53,172 nt of DNA from Candidatus Moranbacteria bacterium CG_4_9_14_3_um_filter_44_28 (GTDB taxonomy: Bacteria > Patescibacteriota > Minisyncoccia > Moranbacterales > UBA11712): assembly GCA_002790655.1 (NCBI GenBank), contig PFVO01000018.1, positions 1 through 53,172 on the forward strand, read 5' to 3'. The notes beneath the pieces were generated by a model, which was given only the letters and a program-made list of their open reading frames with translations, made no database searches and was not told where the DNA came from. This document shows, piece after piece, positions 1-8,329 of this stretch. Position numbers and translations under genes: made by a program. Numbering within the stretch: position 1 is the first letter of the stretch; each line of letters starts with the position of its first letter.

Positions 1-861
1 GGGAAAGGAAAAACATCTCTCAAAACTCCGGAGCAGATTTCTTTGTTCGGCGCGCGGGCCGAACTCTCGCAAGCGAAAATAAATTCGCTGGAATATAATT
101 CGAGGATGGCCGCGAAAGTGGATTCATCGCTCATTCAGGACGGATTTCAGATTTATCATCATTCTTTCTTTTTTTCCCGAAACGGCGTTTGGGCGGTTGT
201 TCAGCAAGGGATGAATGAAAAAAATGTGACGGCAAGAAGATATCACTGGTTTTCGGACGAGATTAAAAACTTAGTCATTGAACCGCATAGCGGAATAATT
301 TCGGACGCGAAAAATAATTCGCTTAACATGACGGCGCGGGAAAGCATCGAAAATCAAAAAATCAGCACGGAACTTGTGCAAGGAAGTTATAATACGTTGA
401 TGAAAGACCTAAAACTTTTAAGAAAATACTCAACACCGCAAAGCGATGTAATTTCTGCCGGCAATAAAAATCATGAACTTACGAAAATGAATTTAACTAA
501 TTTGGATTTCAAAACTCATCCCGTTCTTCTTGAAGATTTTTCAAAAAGCAGGTATCTTCAAAAAATTTTGTACGAAGTGAGCGAGATTAAACCGAAAAGT
601 TACGAGAAATTACTTTCATTAAAAGGCGTCGGACCAAAAACTATCCGCGCCTTGGCCCTCACGGCGGAAGTAATTTACGGCGCCAAACCCTCCTACGAAG
701 ACCCCGCCCGTTACTCCTTCGCCCACGGCGGAAAAGATTTCATCCCCTACCCCGTCGACCGCCCGACCTACGACCAAACGATTCGGATTTTGCGAGAGCT
801 TGCTTCCAAGATGAAAGTGAGTTATTCTGAAAAAAATAAAATAATAAGGAGATTAAGCTGA
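1..861 (+). CDS. DUF763-family protein, 5' end outside the window
   Basis: Frame 1 is open from base 1 (GKGKTSLKTPEQISLFGARAEL...), so the track Met at 43 is internal. Motifs QDGFQIYHHSFF, VVQQGMN..ARRYHW, HhH-like LKGVGPKTIRALAL and SFAHGGKD..PYPVDR match my recollection of DUF763 proteins. Followed by hairpin 882-930. Confidence 0.7.
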   Translation, partial: GKGKTSLKTPEQISLFGARAELSQAKINSLEYNSRMAAKVDSSLIQDGFQIYHHSFFFSRNGVWAVVQQGMNEKNVTARRYHWFSDEIKNLVIEPHSGIISDAKNNSLNMTARESIENQKISTELVQGSYNTLMKDLKLLRKYSTPQSDVISAGNKNHELTKMNLTNLDFKTHPVLLEDFSKSRYLQKILYEVSEIKPKSYEKLLSLKGVGPKTIRALALTAEVIYGAKPSYEDPARYSFAHGGKDFIPYPVDRPTYDQTIRILRELASKMKVSYSEKNKIIRRLS

Positions 862-881
862 TATGGTTAAAGCGGAAAAAA

Positions 882-930
882 AGAGGCCCAACCTCTCTTG
901 GCTAAAAAAGCCGTTAGAGGTCGGGCCTCT
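882..930. terminator. Long hairpin, probable bidirectional intrinsic terminator
   Basis: agaggcccaacctct (882-896) pairs with agaggtcgggcctct (916-930), 15 bp with one mismatch. It encloses a small ggct/agcc hairpin. An A-run lies upstream and a T-rich tract downstream, so a T-run follows the stem on both strands. Confidence 0.6.
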
Positions 931-945
931 ATTATTTTGCCTCTT

Positions 946-1080
946 TTATTGCTGAGGCTGATCTCCGGCTGGAGTTTCTGGAGTTGTCGGTTCTGCTGGC
1001 GGCGGAGTCGTTGGTTCCACTGGCGGAGTAGTCATCGGTTCAGTCGGCTCCTGCGGAGGGGTTGTTGTTTCTTCCTGCAT
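946..1080 (-). CDS. Possible 44-aa Pro/Thr-rich micro-ORF (not in ORF track)
   Basis: ATG at 1080 to TAA at 946 reads MQEETTTPPQEPTEPMTTPPVEPTTPPPAEPTTPETPAGDQPQQ. It lies in a GC-rich patch and is followed by the 882-930 terminator. No Shine-Dalgarno is seen and the opposite strand is also open. Confidence 0.2.
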   Translation of the reverse strand: MQEETTTPPQEPTEPMTTPPVEPTTPPPAEPTTPETPAGDQPQQ

Positions 1081-1090
1081 AGCGTTGAAA

Positions 1091-1218
1091 TTAAAAATTA
1101 AAAGTGAAAAGTGAAAAGTTTTGGAATCGCTTCGCGATGATTATTATTTTATAAAAAACAAAAGATCGTGAGCGCAGCGAACACCTTAATTTTTCATTTT
1201 TAGTTTTTAATTTATAAT
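1091..1218. repeat. AT-armed palindromic element, family P3, copy 1
   Basis: Arms ttaaaaattaaaagtgaaaagtgaaaag / cttaatttttcatttttagtttttaa flank GC hairpins (atcgc-ttc-gcgat). By eye about three quarters identical to 14071-14201, including ttttggaa.tcgcttcgc, acacctta.tttttca and the terminal ttataat. Confidence 0.8.
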
Positions 1219-3749
1219 GGTTTCTCTCCCATATCAAACGCGTCGGCTGTCGCCGGCGGGGCGACGTAACTGGCCTTCTTCATTATCTCCTCATTCACTA
1301 TATCACGGTTCCTTCCATATTTCAACTTGGAAAGCTCCTTGACGGCTTCGGCAATCTTCGCATCCCCTTTTGTCGGCGGATAGGTTTTTAGATTGAACGG
1401 CGTCGCCACCTGGCTTGCGATAAGAAGTTTCACGAAAGCATTGTGATTGTCAACGTTCATAAGATCATTGGCGTCAAAAACGGGCTCAAACTGCTTCTGA
1501 ACAAATTCAGCATCTTCCGCGCCGATCCGGAACGAGCAAATCGAGCCGACGTTCCCGAAGACGGCTTTTGATATTTCTTCCTTGAGCTGGGCAATGAACT
1601 GGTGAGCGATGACAAGCGACAAGCGGTATTTCCGGGCTTCGGAAAGAATCTGGGCGATTGAATCGGTCGTGAAATTCTGGAATTCATCAATGTACAAATA
1701 AAAATCCTTCCGCCCGCCCTCCGGCATATCCACGCGGGAAAGCGCCGCGATCAAAATCTTACCAACGATTATCATCCCCAAAAGACTGGCGTTTATTTCC
1801 CCTATTCTCCCCTTGGAAAGATTCACCAAAATTATCTGCTGATTATCCATTGCCTGGCGGAAGCTGATGGTGCTTTTTTCCTGGGCGATGATCGGGCGCA
1901 TCATATCATTCGAGATAAACTGGGTGAGTTTCGAAGTGATATAAGGAACCATGTTGGCCAGCGCCGCCTCTCCCCCTGCTTTTTCCGCTTCTTTTTCCCA
2001 GAAATTTTTGACGACCGGATTGGTGCAGTGCGAAAGTTTCATGTGCCGGAACTCCTCATCAGCCAGAACGCGGGGAATTTCCATAAGCGTCGACCCCGAT
2101 TCGGGATGCTCCATCACGAGAAGCGCCGCGTTTCGCATATACTGCTCGAACATCGGGCCGCCGGTTTGGCGCAGGTCATAGAGCTTGTCGAAAATATTGA
2201 TCATCTCGTTGATGACGAAAGTTTTTTGCTCGGGCTTGTTATGATCATATTCGAGCATATTGAGTCCGAACGGCCTCTCCATGTCGGCCGGATCGAAAAA
2301 TATCACGTCCTCGGCCCGCTCTTTGGGAATGGATTCGGCGATATGGTCAACCAGATCCCCGTGCGGATCAATGACGCAGACTCCTTTCCCGTCTTTGATG
2401 TCCTGCTTTACCATCTCTTGAATCATCGTTGATTTTCCGGTTCCGGTTTGCCCGATGATATAGAAATGGCGGCGGCGGTCGTCCTCGCTGTGGCGGATGA
2501 CAGTTTCCACTCCGCGGTAGTCGTTGAAACCAAGAATGATTCCTTCTTGGAAAATATTGTTTGGCGGCGCGGCGGTGCGGGACTTAAGCCAGGAAATTTT
2601 CGGGGTTTCCATGGATAAAATCGGAAAGTGAAAGATGCTGACAACCTCCTCGGAAGAGAGTATGAAGCTTTGGTCATCCCTGAAATTTCTGAATATAAAG
2701 TCAAAAGCGATGTTTTTTGACCTGGATTTACTTTCCCGGCTAACCCGGAAGCTGTTGAGTCCCGGATTTTCGTATTGAATGAAAGCGTTTTCCAGCTCGG
2801 CTAATATCGTCTCGGATCTTTCCTGTGCTAAGGCTGAAGCCACCAGACGAATGTTAACTTTGAAGCCGGGTTTATTGGCCTTGCCTTCGATTTTCTTCAC
2901 AACTTCCTGTTCTTCAGGGGTCAACTGCACTGCCTCCTTGCTTGGCTTGAAAATATCTTTTGGCTGATTCTCTTCTTTTTTGAAGGCGACATTGAAAAAT
3001 CCCCGAAAAAACTGGCGAACGGGGGTATCCCGCTTTACGTCTCCAAGCCTTCTTCCCTGCTGCATCTTGTGAGCCGTTTCTCTTCCTTTCGTTCGCCAGT
3101 TGCCGCGAGCCGGTTTCATGATCAGCTGAATTGCCGCTCCTTCCTTTTTCTCCTCAAATTTTCCAAGGACGTTGGTGATGTTGTTAAGCGGGTCCGATTC
3201 AAGCGTCTGATAGGTCCGAACGGGAAAATAATATTTGTCCCTCAAAGAGAGATAAGAGGCCGAGGTAAAACTGCCGGGATAAAAAATATTGTAGTCTTTT
3301 ACCCGCTCAATCGCCGCTTTCGGATAGAAGCTGTGAATCTGGCGCTCGACGATGTTGATGAGCTTTTTGGGAGCGCCGACATAAAAAGAAATTTCGTCGG
3401 TATTGGCCGGATTGGCGACTTCAAGGGTGACAACCGCGTCTCCGTAAATGATCCGGTGAAAAAATCCGGCTTTTTCTTTGATGTTTCCAAGACTTGCAAA
3501 CAAATGCTCCATTACCGAGATGAGTTCTTTGTCGCTTTTGGGCGGCTGTTGCTGTTGCACCGGCTGGTTCTGGACTTTGAGAGGACGACTGACTTTCACC
3601 ACGTCAATATCCATATTGAGCGAACGGGTAATCTGCCCGCGGAAAATAAAGAAACTGCGAAAAATCATCCACAATCCGGAAAAAAAACTCGCGAGCGCCA
3701 GAAGTCCGGCGAGAGGATATAATATAAGATTAAGATTATAGACGTCCAT
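1212..3749 (-). CDS. Membrane-anchored VirD4/TraD/TraG-like P-loop ATPase (T4SS coupling-protein-type DNA-binding domain protein)
   Basis: N-terminal TM helix (LILYPLAGLLALASFFSGLWMIF), then about 400 aa with no motif I recognise. The NTPase follows: Walker A IIGQTGTGKST, VIDPHGDL, Walker B FYLYIDEFQNF, RKYRLSLVIAHQ. Confidence 0.75.
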   Translation of the reverse strand: MDVYNLNLILYPLAGLLALASFFSGLWMIFRSFFIFRGQITRSLNMDIDVVKVSRPLKVQNQPVQQQQPPKSDKELISVMEHLFASLGNIKEKAGFFHRIIYGDAVVTLEVANPANTDEISFYVGAPKKLINIVERQIHSFYPKAAIERVKDYNIFYPGSFTSASYLSLRDKYYFPVRTYQTLESDPLNNITNVLGKFEEKKEGAAIQLIMKPARGNWRTKGRETAHKMQQGRRLGDVKRDTPVRQFFRGFFNVAFKKEENQPKDIFKPSKEAVQLTPEEQEVVKKIEGKANKPGFKVNIRLVASALAQERSETILAELENAFIQYENPGLNSFRVSRESKSRSKNIAFDFIFRNFRDDQSFILSSEEVVSIFHFPILSMETPKISWLKSRTAAPPNNIFQEGIILGFNDYRGVETVIRHSEDDRRRHFYIIGQTGTGKSTMIQEMVKQDIKDGKGVCVIDPHGDLVDHIAESIPKERAEDVIFFDPADMERPFGLNMLEYDHNKPEQKTFVINEMINIFDKLYDLRQTGGPMFEQYMRNAALLVMEHPESGSTLMEIPRVLADEEFRHMKLSHCTNPVVKNFWEKEAEKAGGEAALANMVPYITSKLTQFISNDMMRPIIAQEKSTISFRQAMDNQQIILVNLSKGRIGEINASLLGMIIVGKILIAALSRVDMPEGGRKDFYLYIDEFQNFTTDSIAQILSEARKYRLSLVIAHQFIAQLKEEISKAVFGNVGSICSFRIGAEDAEFVQKQFEPVFDANDLMNVDNHNAFVKLLIASQVATPFNLKTYPPTKGDAKIAEAVKELSKLKYGRNRDIVNEEIMKKASYVAPPATADAFDMGEKPL

Positions 3750-3796
3750 TTTATATTATTTGTCTTTATTTCTGCTAGTCTAGAGCCTTAGAAATT

Positions 3797-4357
3797 TCAC
3801 AATTCCTTCAATAGTCCTTTCTGAATCAGCTGTTTTCTTAATCCATCTTCCAGCATCCGATCATGCATCTCGTCCAATGTATAATTGTCTGCTTCAAAAA
3901 CACTTTTTCCTTTGTCGAGGTGCCGGGCGACCTTGATGGCATGCTCGGGACCTTTCTGGAGAGCCAGTTCAACCAGCTTTTCCACTTTTTTCTCGTACTC
4001 GGTAATTTGGGAAACGGCTTGAGCGTCTCCTGCCACGCCGGCCGCGGCTGCGGTCTTTTGAGTTTGGATAGTTTTTCGCGCCGTCTCGATTTTTTCGGAG
4101 ACTTCTTCGGTTTTTACTTCTCCTCCCGCTTCAGTTTCAACGCCCGGTATCTTTTCAGCTGTCGGCGCCTCCGGTTTTTCTGATACTTCAGCTTCGACGC
4201 TTTCAGGAGTTTTTTCTGTATTTGTAGCAGAAACGTTTTCTTTTCCGCCAGAGGCGCCCGCCTGCCGGACGGGCAGGGATCCGCCTTGGGCGGACAGTTT
4301 TTTCGCCAAATCCAAATCCTCCTTTTCGATAGGCTCTTGATACAATGGTTGTGCCAT
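3797..4357 (-). CDS. Hypothetical acidic protein
   Basis: 186-aa ORF with an E/T/A-rich low-complexity centre and a helical C-terminus (GPEHAIKVARHLDKG..DEMHDRMLEDGLRKQL). Co-directional and tightly spaced with the ATPase gene. Confidence 0.6.
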   Translation of the reverse strand: MAQPLYQEPIEKEDLDLAKKLSAQGGSLPVRQAGASGGKENVSATNTEKTPESVEAEVSEKPEAPTAEKIPGVETEAGGEVKTEEVSEKIETARKTIQTQKTAAAAGVAGDAQAVSQITEYEKKVEKLVELALQKGPEHAIKVARHLDKGKSVFEADNYTLDEMHDRMLEDGLRKQLIQKGLLKEL

Positions 4358-4488
4358 AAAATAAGCTTAGTGCTAATTTATAGTAAATTTTTTCTATCAA
4401 CTTTAGTTTCAAAATCCAAATTTTAAATTCTAAATTTCAAATCAAATTATAATGTCAAAATAAAAAATTTTAAATTAAAATTTTGAAA

Positions 4489-4558
4489 TTGATTTAAAAT
4501 TTGGTAGGCTTTTGCCTTTGGCAAAAGGGGTGGTGCGGCCAATTTGTCATTTGAAATT
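4489..4558. repeat. 70-nt conserved intergenic element, family P5, copy 1
   Basis: 63 of 70 positions identical to 40361-40430 by hand alignment. Core is a perfect hairpin cttttgcc-ttt-ggcaaaag (4509-4527). Confidence 0.85.
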
Positions 4559-4589
4559 CAGCCTTGCGCTGTCAGTCCCATATCTTCCT

Positions 4590-4943
4590 TCAGCTCTTCG
4601 CCGCTTTGTCTGCATTTCCGAAACTGGCAATATCTTCTTTTAGCTCATCTTTTAAATCGCTCACGACTTTCTTCACAAATTCATCGTAACCGCTTATTTT
4701 TTCACGAAGAAATACTTCAACCTTATCGGATCCCGCTTTTTCCTCGAGCATTTTCATCAGCTCCTGTTGGTCTTCCTGAGTCAGCTTATCCATTGTTTCC
4801 ATATAGAGCCGTTTCAGAACCAGCTCCAAAAGATCCACCAGAATTTTGGCTTTTTTCTCTTCCGGCAAATCGGAGAGTCCCAACTCATCGACAATTGTCT
4901 GCTGAAGGATTGTGTTTTGGGCAGTCATAAATTTGTTTTTCAA
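4590..4943 (-). CDS. Small acidic helical hypothetical protein (possibly DUF5663-like, unverified recollection)
   Basis: 117-aa ORF (LGLSDLPEEKKAKILVDLLELVLKRL...). Starts 3 nt after the stop of the upstream 755-aa gene. Confidence 0.6.
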   Translation of the reverse strand: MKNKFMTAQNTILQQTIVDELGLSDLPEEKKAKILVDLLELVLKRLYMETMDKLTQEDQQELMKMLEEKAGSDKVEVFLREKISGYDEFVKKVVSDLKDELKEDIASFGNADKAAKS

Positions 4944-4946
4944 AAA

Positions 4947-7214
4947 TTAAAGTTTATGGATAATACTCAAGGCTTTGAACAAATTGAAATTGGTCCGGGA
5001 CATCCGTTCCAGATATTGCTGCATTGTTTCCCGCACATTGAGAGGGGGAAATTTTTCAAACGTTTCTTGGGTGAACGAGATTGCTTTTCCCGTTTGAGCC
5101 AGCTCGTCAGGCGTTGGAATCATCGGCATGTCGCCAATCACGCCGGGAGTATGCCGGCCGATGGCCTCCTGAATCTGGTGGGCCGGAGTATCCAGTTGAA
5201 ATCCTCCCAATCCTTCAAGCCATCTGTTCCACAGCCTCGCATTGGCGTCGGTGATTCCCGCAATGGCCTGCTCGTTGAGGGCTTGGGCTTCCGCTCCAAG
5301 CCGCGCCACTTCGTCCTGACGCCAAGTTTCCGCCGCCGCTCCTCTTGCCCGGGCCGCTTCGATCTGCTGGTCAAACTGGCTGGTATCAACAGCACCGCGT
5401 CCTCCATAACTCTCCGCCGCCTTCCCCGCGCCATGTCCCTGTGGAATGTCATGATGCAGATAACCCATTTTCATTCCGGAAGTGTCACCTAAAAATATTC
5501 TACCCTTATCGTCCAAAGTAACTTGATCACCTGCATGGACCAAATCGGTTATTTTCCCTCCATGATGCAATTTATACCATTCAATGATTCTTGGCATTTT
5601 GCCTTCCGCCCAAATTTTATGCTTCTGGTCAGCCGTTAAATCATTAAAATTTTCAACTCCTCTTATTCCTAATCGTCTCAATATTCCTTGATTCTTAAAA
5701 GAGTCGAATAATTTTTGAGCCTGATCATCACTATATCCATATTTATCGTGATGTTCTATAAGCATATCCCGCGTCACTTTCCAGACATTTTCGCCAGATT
5801 TGATCGTGTGCGTATCACCTAAAAACGGCTTTCCAATTTGTTCCGGAACAACTGCACCTCCAGTTTTTGGCTGTATTTCCGCACCGGTAATTAGACTATG
5901 CGCGGCGTCATAAAAACCGGCGGCCTTCGTTCCTCCAAACAAATAAGTCACTTTTTCCCAAGCCTGGCCGAATAACCCTCTCGCGTGGGGCATAATGAAG
6001 TGACTTGCAAGCGCGCTCGCGACAATTGTTCCGCCACCGATCAAATAAGCCATCCTCTTATGTCTTGCGTCAACATCGGCAAAATCCTGCTCTTTGCCTT
6101 CGATAGTTGTCTCTAGTTGCATTCCCTCAACCATTTTTTTCCAGTCTTCGTCTGTTTCATTTTTAAGATTTTCAATTTTTCGCTTGACGCGTTCTTCGAT
6201 TTCTTTCTTTTTTGATTCAAGAAAGCCGGCTTCCATTCTCTTTTTCGCCGCATAACCGGCCCCAACTCCACCAATAGTTCGCATAATCCAAGCCGATGTT
6301 GTTCCTGCGCCAATAGCGGCGATACCCAAAGCAGGAAGAGCCGCGCCTAAAGCTACTGCAAGAGTTATGGATACTGACGCCGCAATTGCTGTTCCTTTGA
6401 AAATTCCCTTCGCGCTTAATTTTCCCTTTTCGTTCAGAAATTGTTTAGAGATAAATTCCCGATAATTTTTACTAACATTGGCAAAACCAATAAGAGCCTT
6501 TTCTGACCACTTGGCGTTTTTTGCTCTAATGTCTGTTTCTAAGGTACGGCTGTTTATGGCAACTGTTTCTTGGTCATACCTAACCATGAATTCTTCATAT
6601 TCCTGTTCGTTTCCGCGCAGAGTTTTTCTTCCCGAATCCATCAATTTTTGATACAGCTCCTTTCTTCTTCCCACATACTCTTTAACTGTATCATCCTCAA
6701 GCATCTGCTTGCTGAAACCCAAAGTCTCTTTGATTACCTTCCATCTTGATTTGGCTTTATATCTTGATTCGGCAATCTTTCCCTCATTCTCATCAAATTC
6801 CTTTTTTATCCTTTCAAACTCTTCGCGGTTTTTTCCTTCCCGCTCGGTATCCGGCACAACCGACAGACTTTCCGTGCTTTTGGACTGGAACGGCGCCGGC
6901 GGCTTTTCTGACCGACTTCCACGGCCACCCACGCCAACCAAATCTTTCCCTCCACTCGTCGTACCGCGACGAGGCCGCTCCATTTCAGGTTTTTCCGCCT
7001 CTTCTTCCGCATGAAAATCCCGCGCTCGCCGCGCGAGTTCCTGCTCTCCGGACATACTTTCGCTTTCCCACCTAGGCTCCCTCTGACCTAAATACATCTC
7101 TTCCGCCGTTTGATCAATAATTGGTTCACGCGACGTCCCTCTTAGCTCAGTTCGTCTTCCGCGACCTTCCTTTGCAAGAGGGAAGAAATCTTCGTAAGGA
7201 TTTTTAGTGCTCAT
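4947..7214 (-). CDS. Large hypothetical membrane protein
   Basis: 755 aa. Charged N-terminal region of about 270 aa, then Gly/Ala-rich TM helices (GTAIAASVSITLAVALGAALPALGIAAIGAG, MAYLIGGGTIVASALASHFIM), then a C-terminal domain of about 330 aa with weak LysM-like ends (HTIKSGENVWKV ... HAGDQVTLD). Confidence 0.7.
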   Translation of the reverse strand: MSTKNPYEDFFPLAKEGRGRRTELRGTSREPIIDQTAEEMYLGQREPRWESESMSGEQELARRARDFHAEEEAEKPEMERPRRGTTSGGKDLVGVGGRGSRSEKPPAPFQSKSTESLSVVPDTEREGKNREEFERIKKEFDENEGKIAESRYKAKSRWKVIKETLGFSKQMLEDDTVKEYVGRRKELYQKLMDSGRKTLRGNEQEYEEFMVRYDQETVAINSRTLETDIRAKNAKWSEKALIGFANVSKNYREFISKQFLNEKGKLSAKGIFKGTAIAASVSITLAVALGAALPALGIAAIGAGTTSAWIMRTIGGVGAGYAAKKRMEAGFLESKKKEIEERVKRKIENLKNETDEDWKKMVEGMQLETTIEGKEQDFADVDARHKRMAYLIGGGTIVASALASHFIMPHARGLFGQAWEKVTYLFGGTKAAGFYDAAHSLITGAEIQPKTGGAVVPEQIGKPFLGDTHTIKSGENVWKVTRDMLIEHHDKYGYSDDQAQKLFDSFKNQGILRRLGIRGVENFNDLTADQKHKIWAEGKMPRIIEWYKLHHGGKITDLVHAGDQVTLDDKGRIFLGDTSGMKMGYLHHDIPQGHGAGKAAESYGGRGAVDTSQFDQQIEAARARGAAAETWRQDEVARLGAEAQALNEQAIAGITDANARLWNRWLEGLGGFQLDTPAHQIQEAIGRHTPGVIGDMPMIPTPDELAQTGKAISFTQETFEKFPPLNVRETMQQYLERMSRTNFNLFKALSIIHKL

Positions 7215-7238
7215 TTATTTTCAGTTAAAGTTATGTAT

Positions 7239-8312
7239 CTATTTACTCCCAGTTTCAAAAAGTCTTTGTTCTAACAATGTGTATGTCCTAAAATAGCTTT
7301 TCACCCATTCGACTCCTTTGTTGCTAAATTCACCACTACGCTTGGCGATATCACCCATATAATCGGCGAACTCATATCTAAATTTAAGTAAATCGGTTTC
7401 CCCTTTGGAAACTTTTTCTCCTCTTTCGCTTCGATATTTTTCCATGACTTTAGGATTATCGAGGAAGTATTTTTGAAAATAATTCAGATCCTTTCGGGGA
7501 AATTTTTTCCCTTCACTTTTTATCATTCTAGTAAAAATACTCTCTATATTTTGCAATAATGATTCTTTCTTCTCTTCGGCATCTTTTCTGTCTTTCGGTT
7601 GCAACCTCCTATACTTTTCTTCCAATGCTTTGCTAATTTCCCCTATGCCCGATCTCTGCATTAGATGATCAAAAATTTTTTTCTGGCCTTCGCTAAGTTC
7701 TGCCCTTTCCTTACCAGCCTCAACTTCTTCCGGCTTTGACCTCGGCGCCGCCTCCGCCGGTCGCGGTTTTGGAGCCGGCTCGATCATGGCTGGTTTCTCA
7801 CCTTCTGTCTCTCGCCCGGCGTATCTCTTGCCCTCCAGATACTCCAGCCATCTTTTCGCTTGGATTCTATCCCATCTCCTCATAAAATCCTCTGCATCCT
7901 TTGTGCCCGGAGTAATCCGTTTAGGTTTATTATGAGTAAGAATCCAATCAATGTAAGGACCACTAAGATCAAGCCCGATTTCCGGAATTGCTTTTGCAAT
8001 TTCCGGATTTCGGCTCATCCTAATATCAAATATATTTTGCGCCAATTCCTCAATCATTTCTTCCCTTTTCATCTGCCAAAAATCGACGTCTGGAGTAAAA
8101 ACTTTTGATGCCTTTCCAGGAAAATTTTCGGCGGCTTCTTCTTTCGGCCCGATTCGCATCGCCTCTGGCGCTTCAGCCGGTTTCGGTCTTTTTTGCAGTT
8201 CTGAAGCCGCTCCGACAGCCGCTTTCTTCTTTTTAATCCCCAAAGCTCCACTAGCTTCATCCAAAAACATCTTTGTAATTTCTTCTTTTGATGGTTTTTC
8301 CATAGTTAGCAC
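7239..8312 (-). CDS. Hypothetical charged soluble protein
   Basis: 357-aa ORF with no TM segment and no motif I recognise. Lies 24 nt from the downstream gene on the same strand. Confidence 0.65.
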   Translation of the reverse strand: MLTMEKPSKEEITKMFLDEASGALGIKKKKAAVGAASELQKRPKPAEAPEAMRIGPKEEAAENFPGKASKVFTPDVDFWQMKREEMIEELAQNIFDIRMSRNPEIAKAIPEIGLDLSGPYIDWILTHNKPKRITPGTKDAEDFMRRWDRIQAKRWLEYLEGKRYAGRETEGEKPAMIEPAPKPRPAEAAPRSKPEEVEAGKERAELSEGQKKIFDHLMQRSGIGEISKALEEKYRRLQPKDRKDAEEKKESLLQNIESIFTRMIKSEGKKFPRKDLNYFQKYFLDNPKVMEKYRSERGEKVSKGETDLLKFRYEFADYMGDIAKRSGEFSNKGVEWVKSYFRTYTLLEQRLFETGSK

Positions 8313-8329
8313 AAAATATTTTTTATATT

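Noticed and set aside
898-1101. Plus-strand 67-aa ORF, and the many long antisense ORFs in the track (for example 3069-3722, 4767-5492, 10568-11263, 11309-11971, 24157-24723, 34709-35455, 35712-36473, 37877-38365)
   Set aside because: All lie opposite well-supported genes or start inside a terminator hairpin. Their composition is Arg/Ser/Phe/Cys-skewed, typical of shadow frames, and they contain no recognisable motifs.
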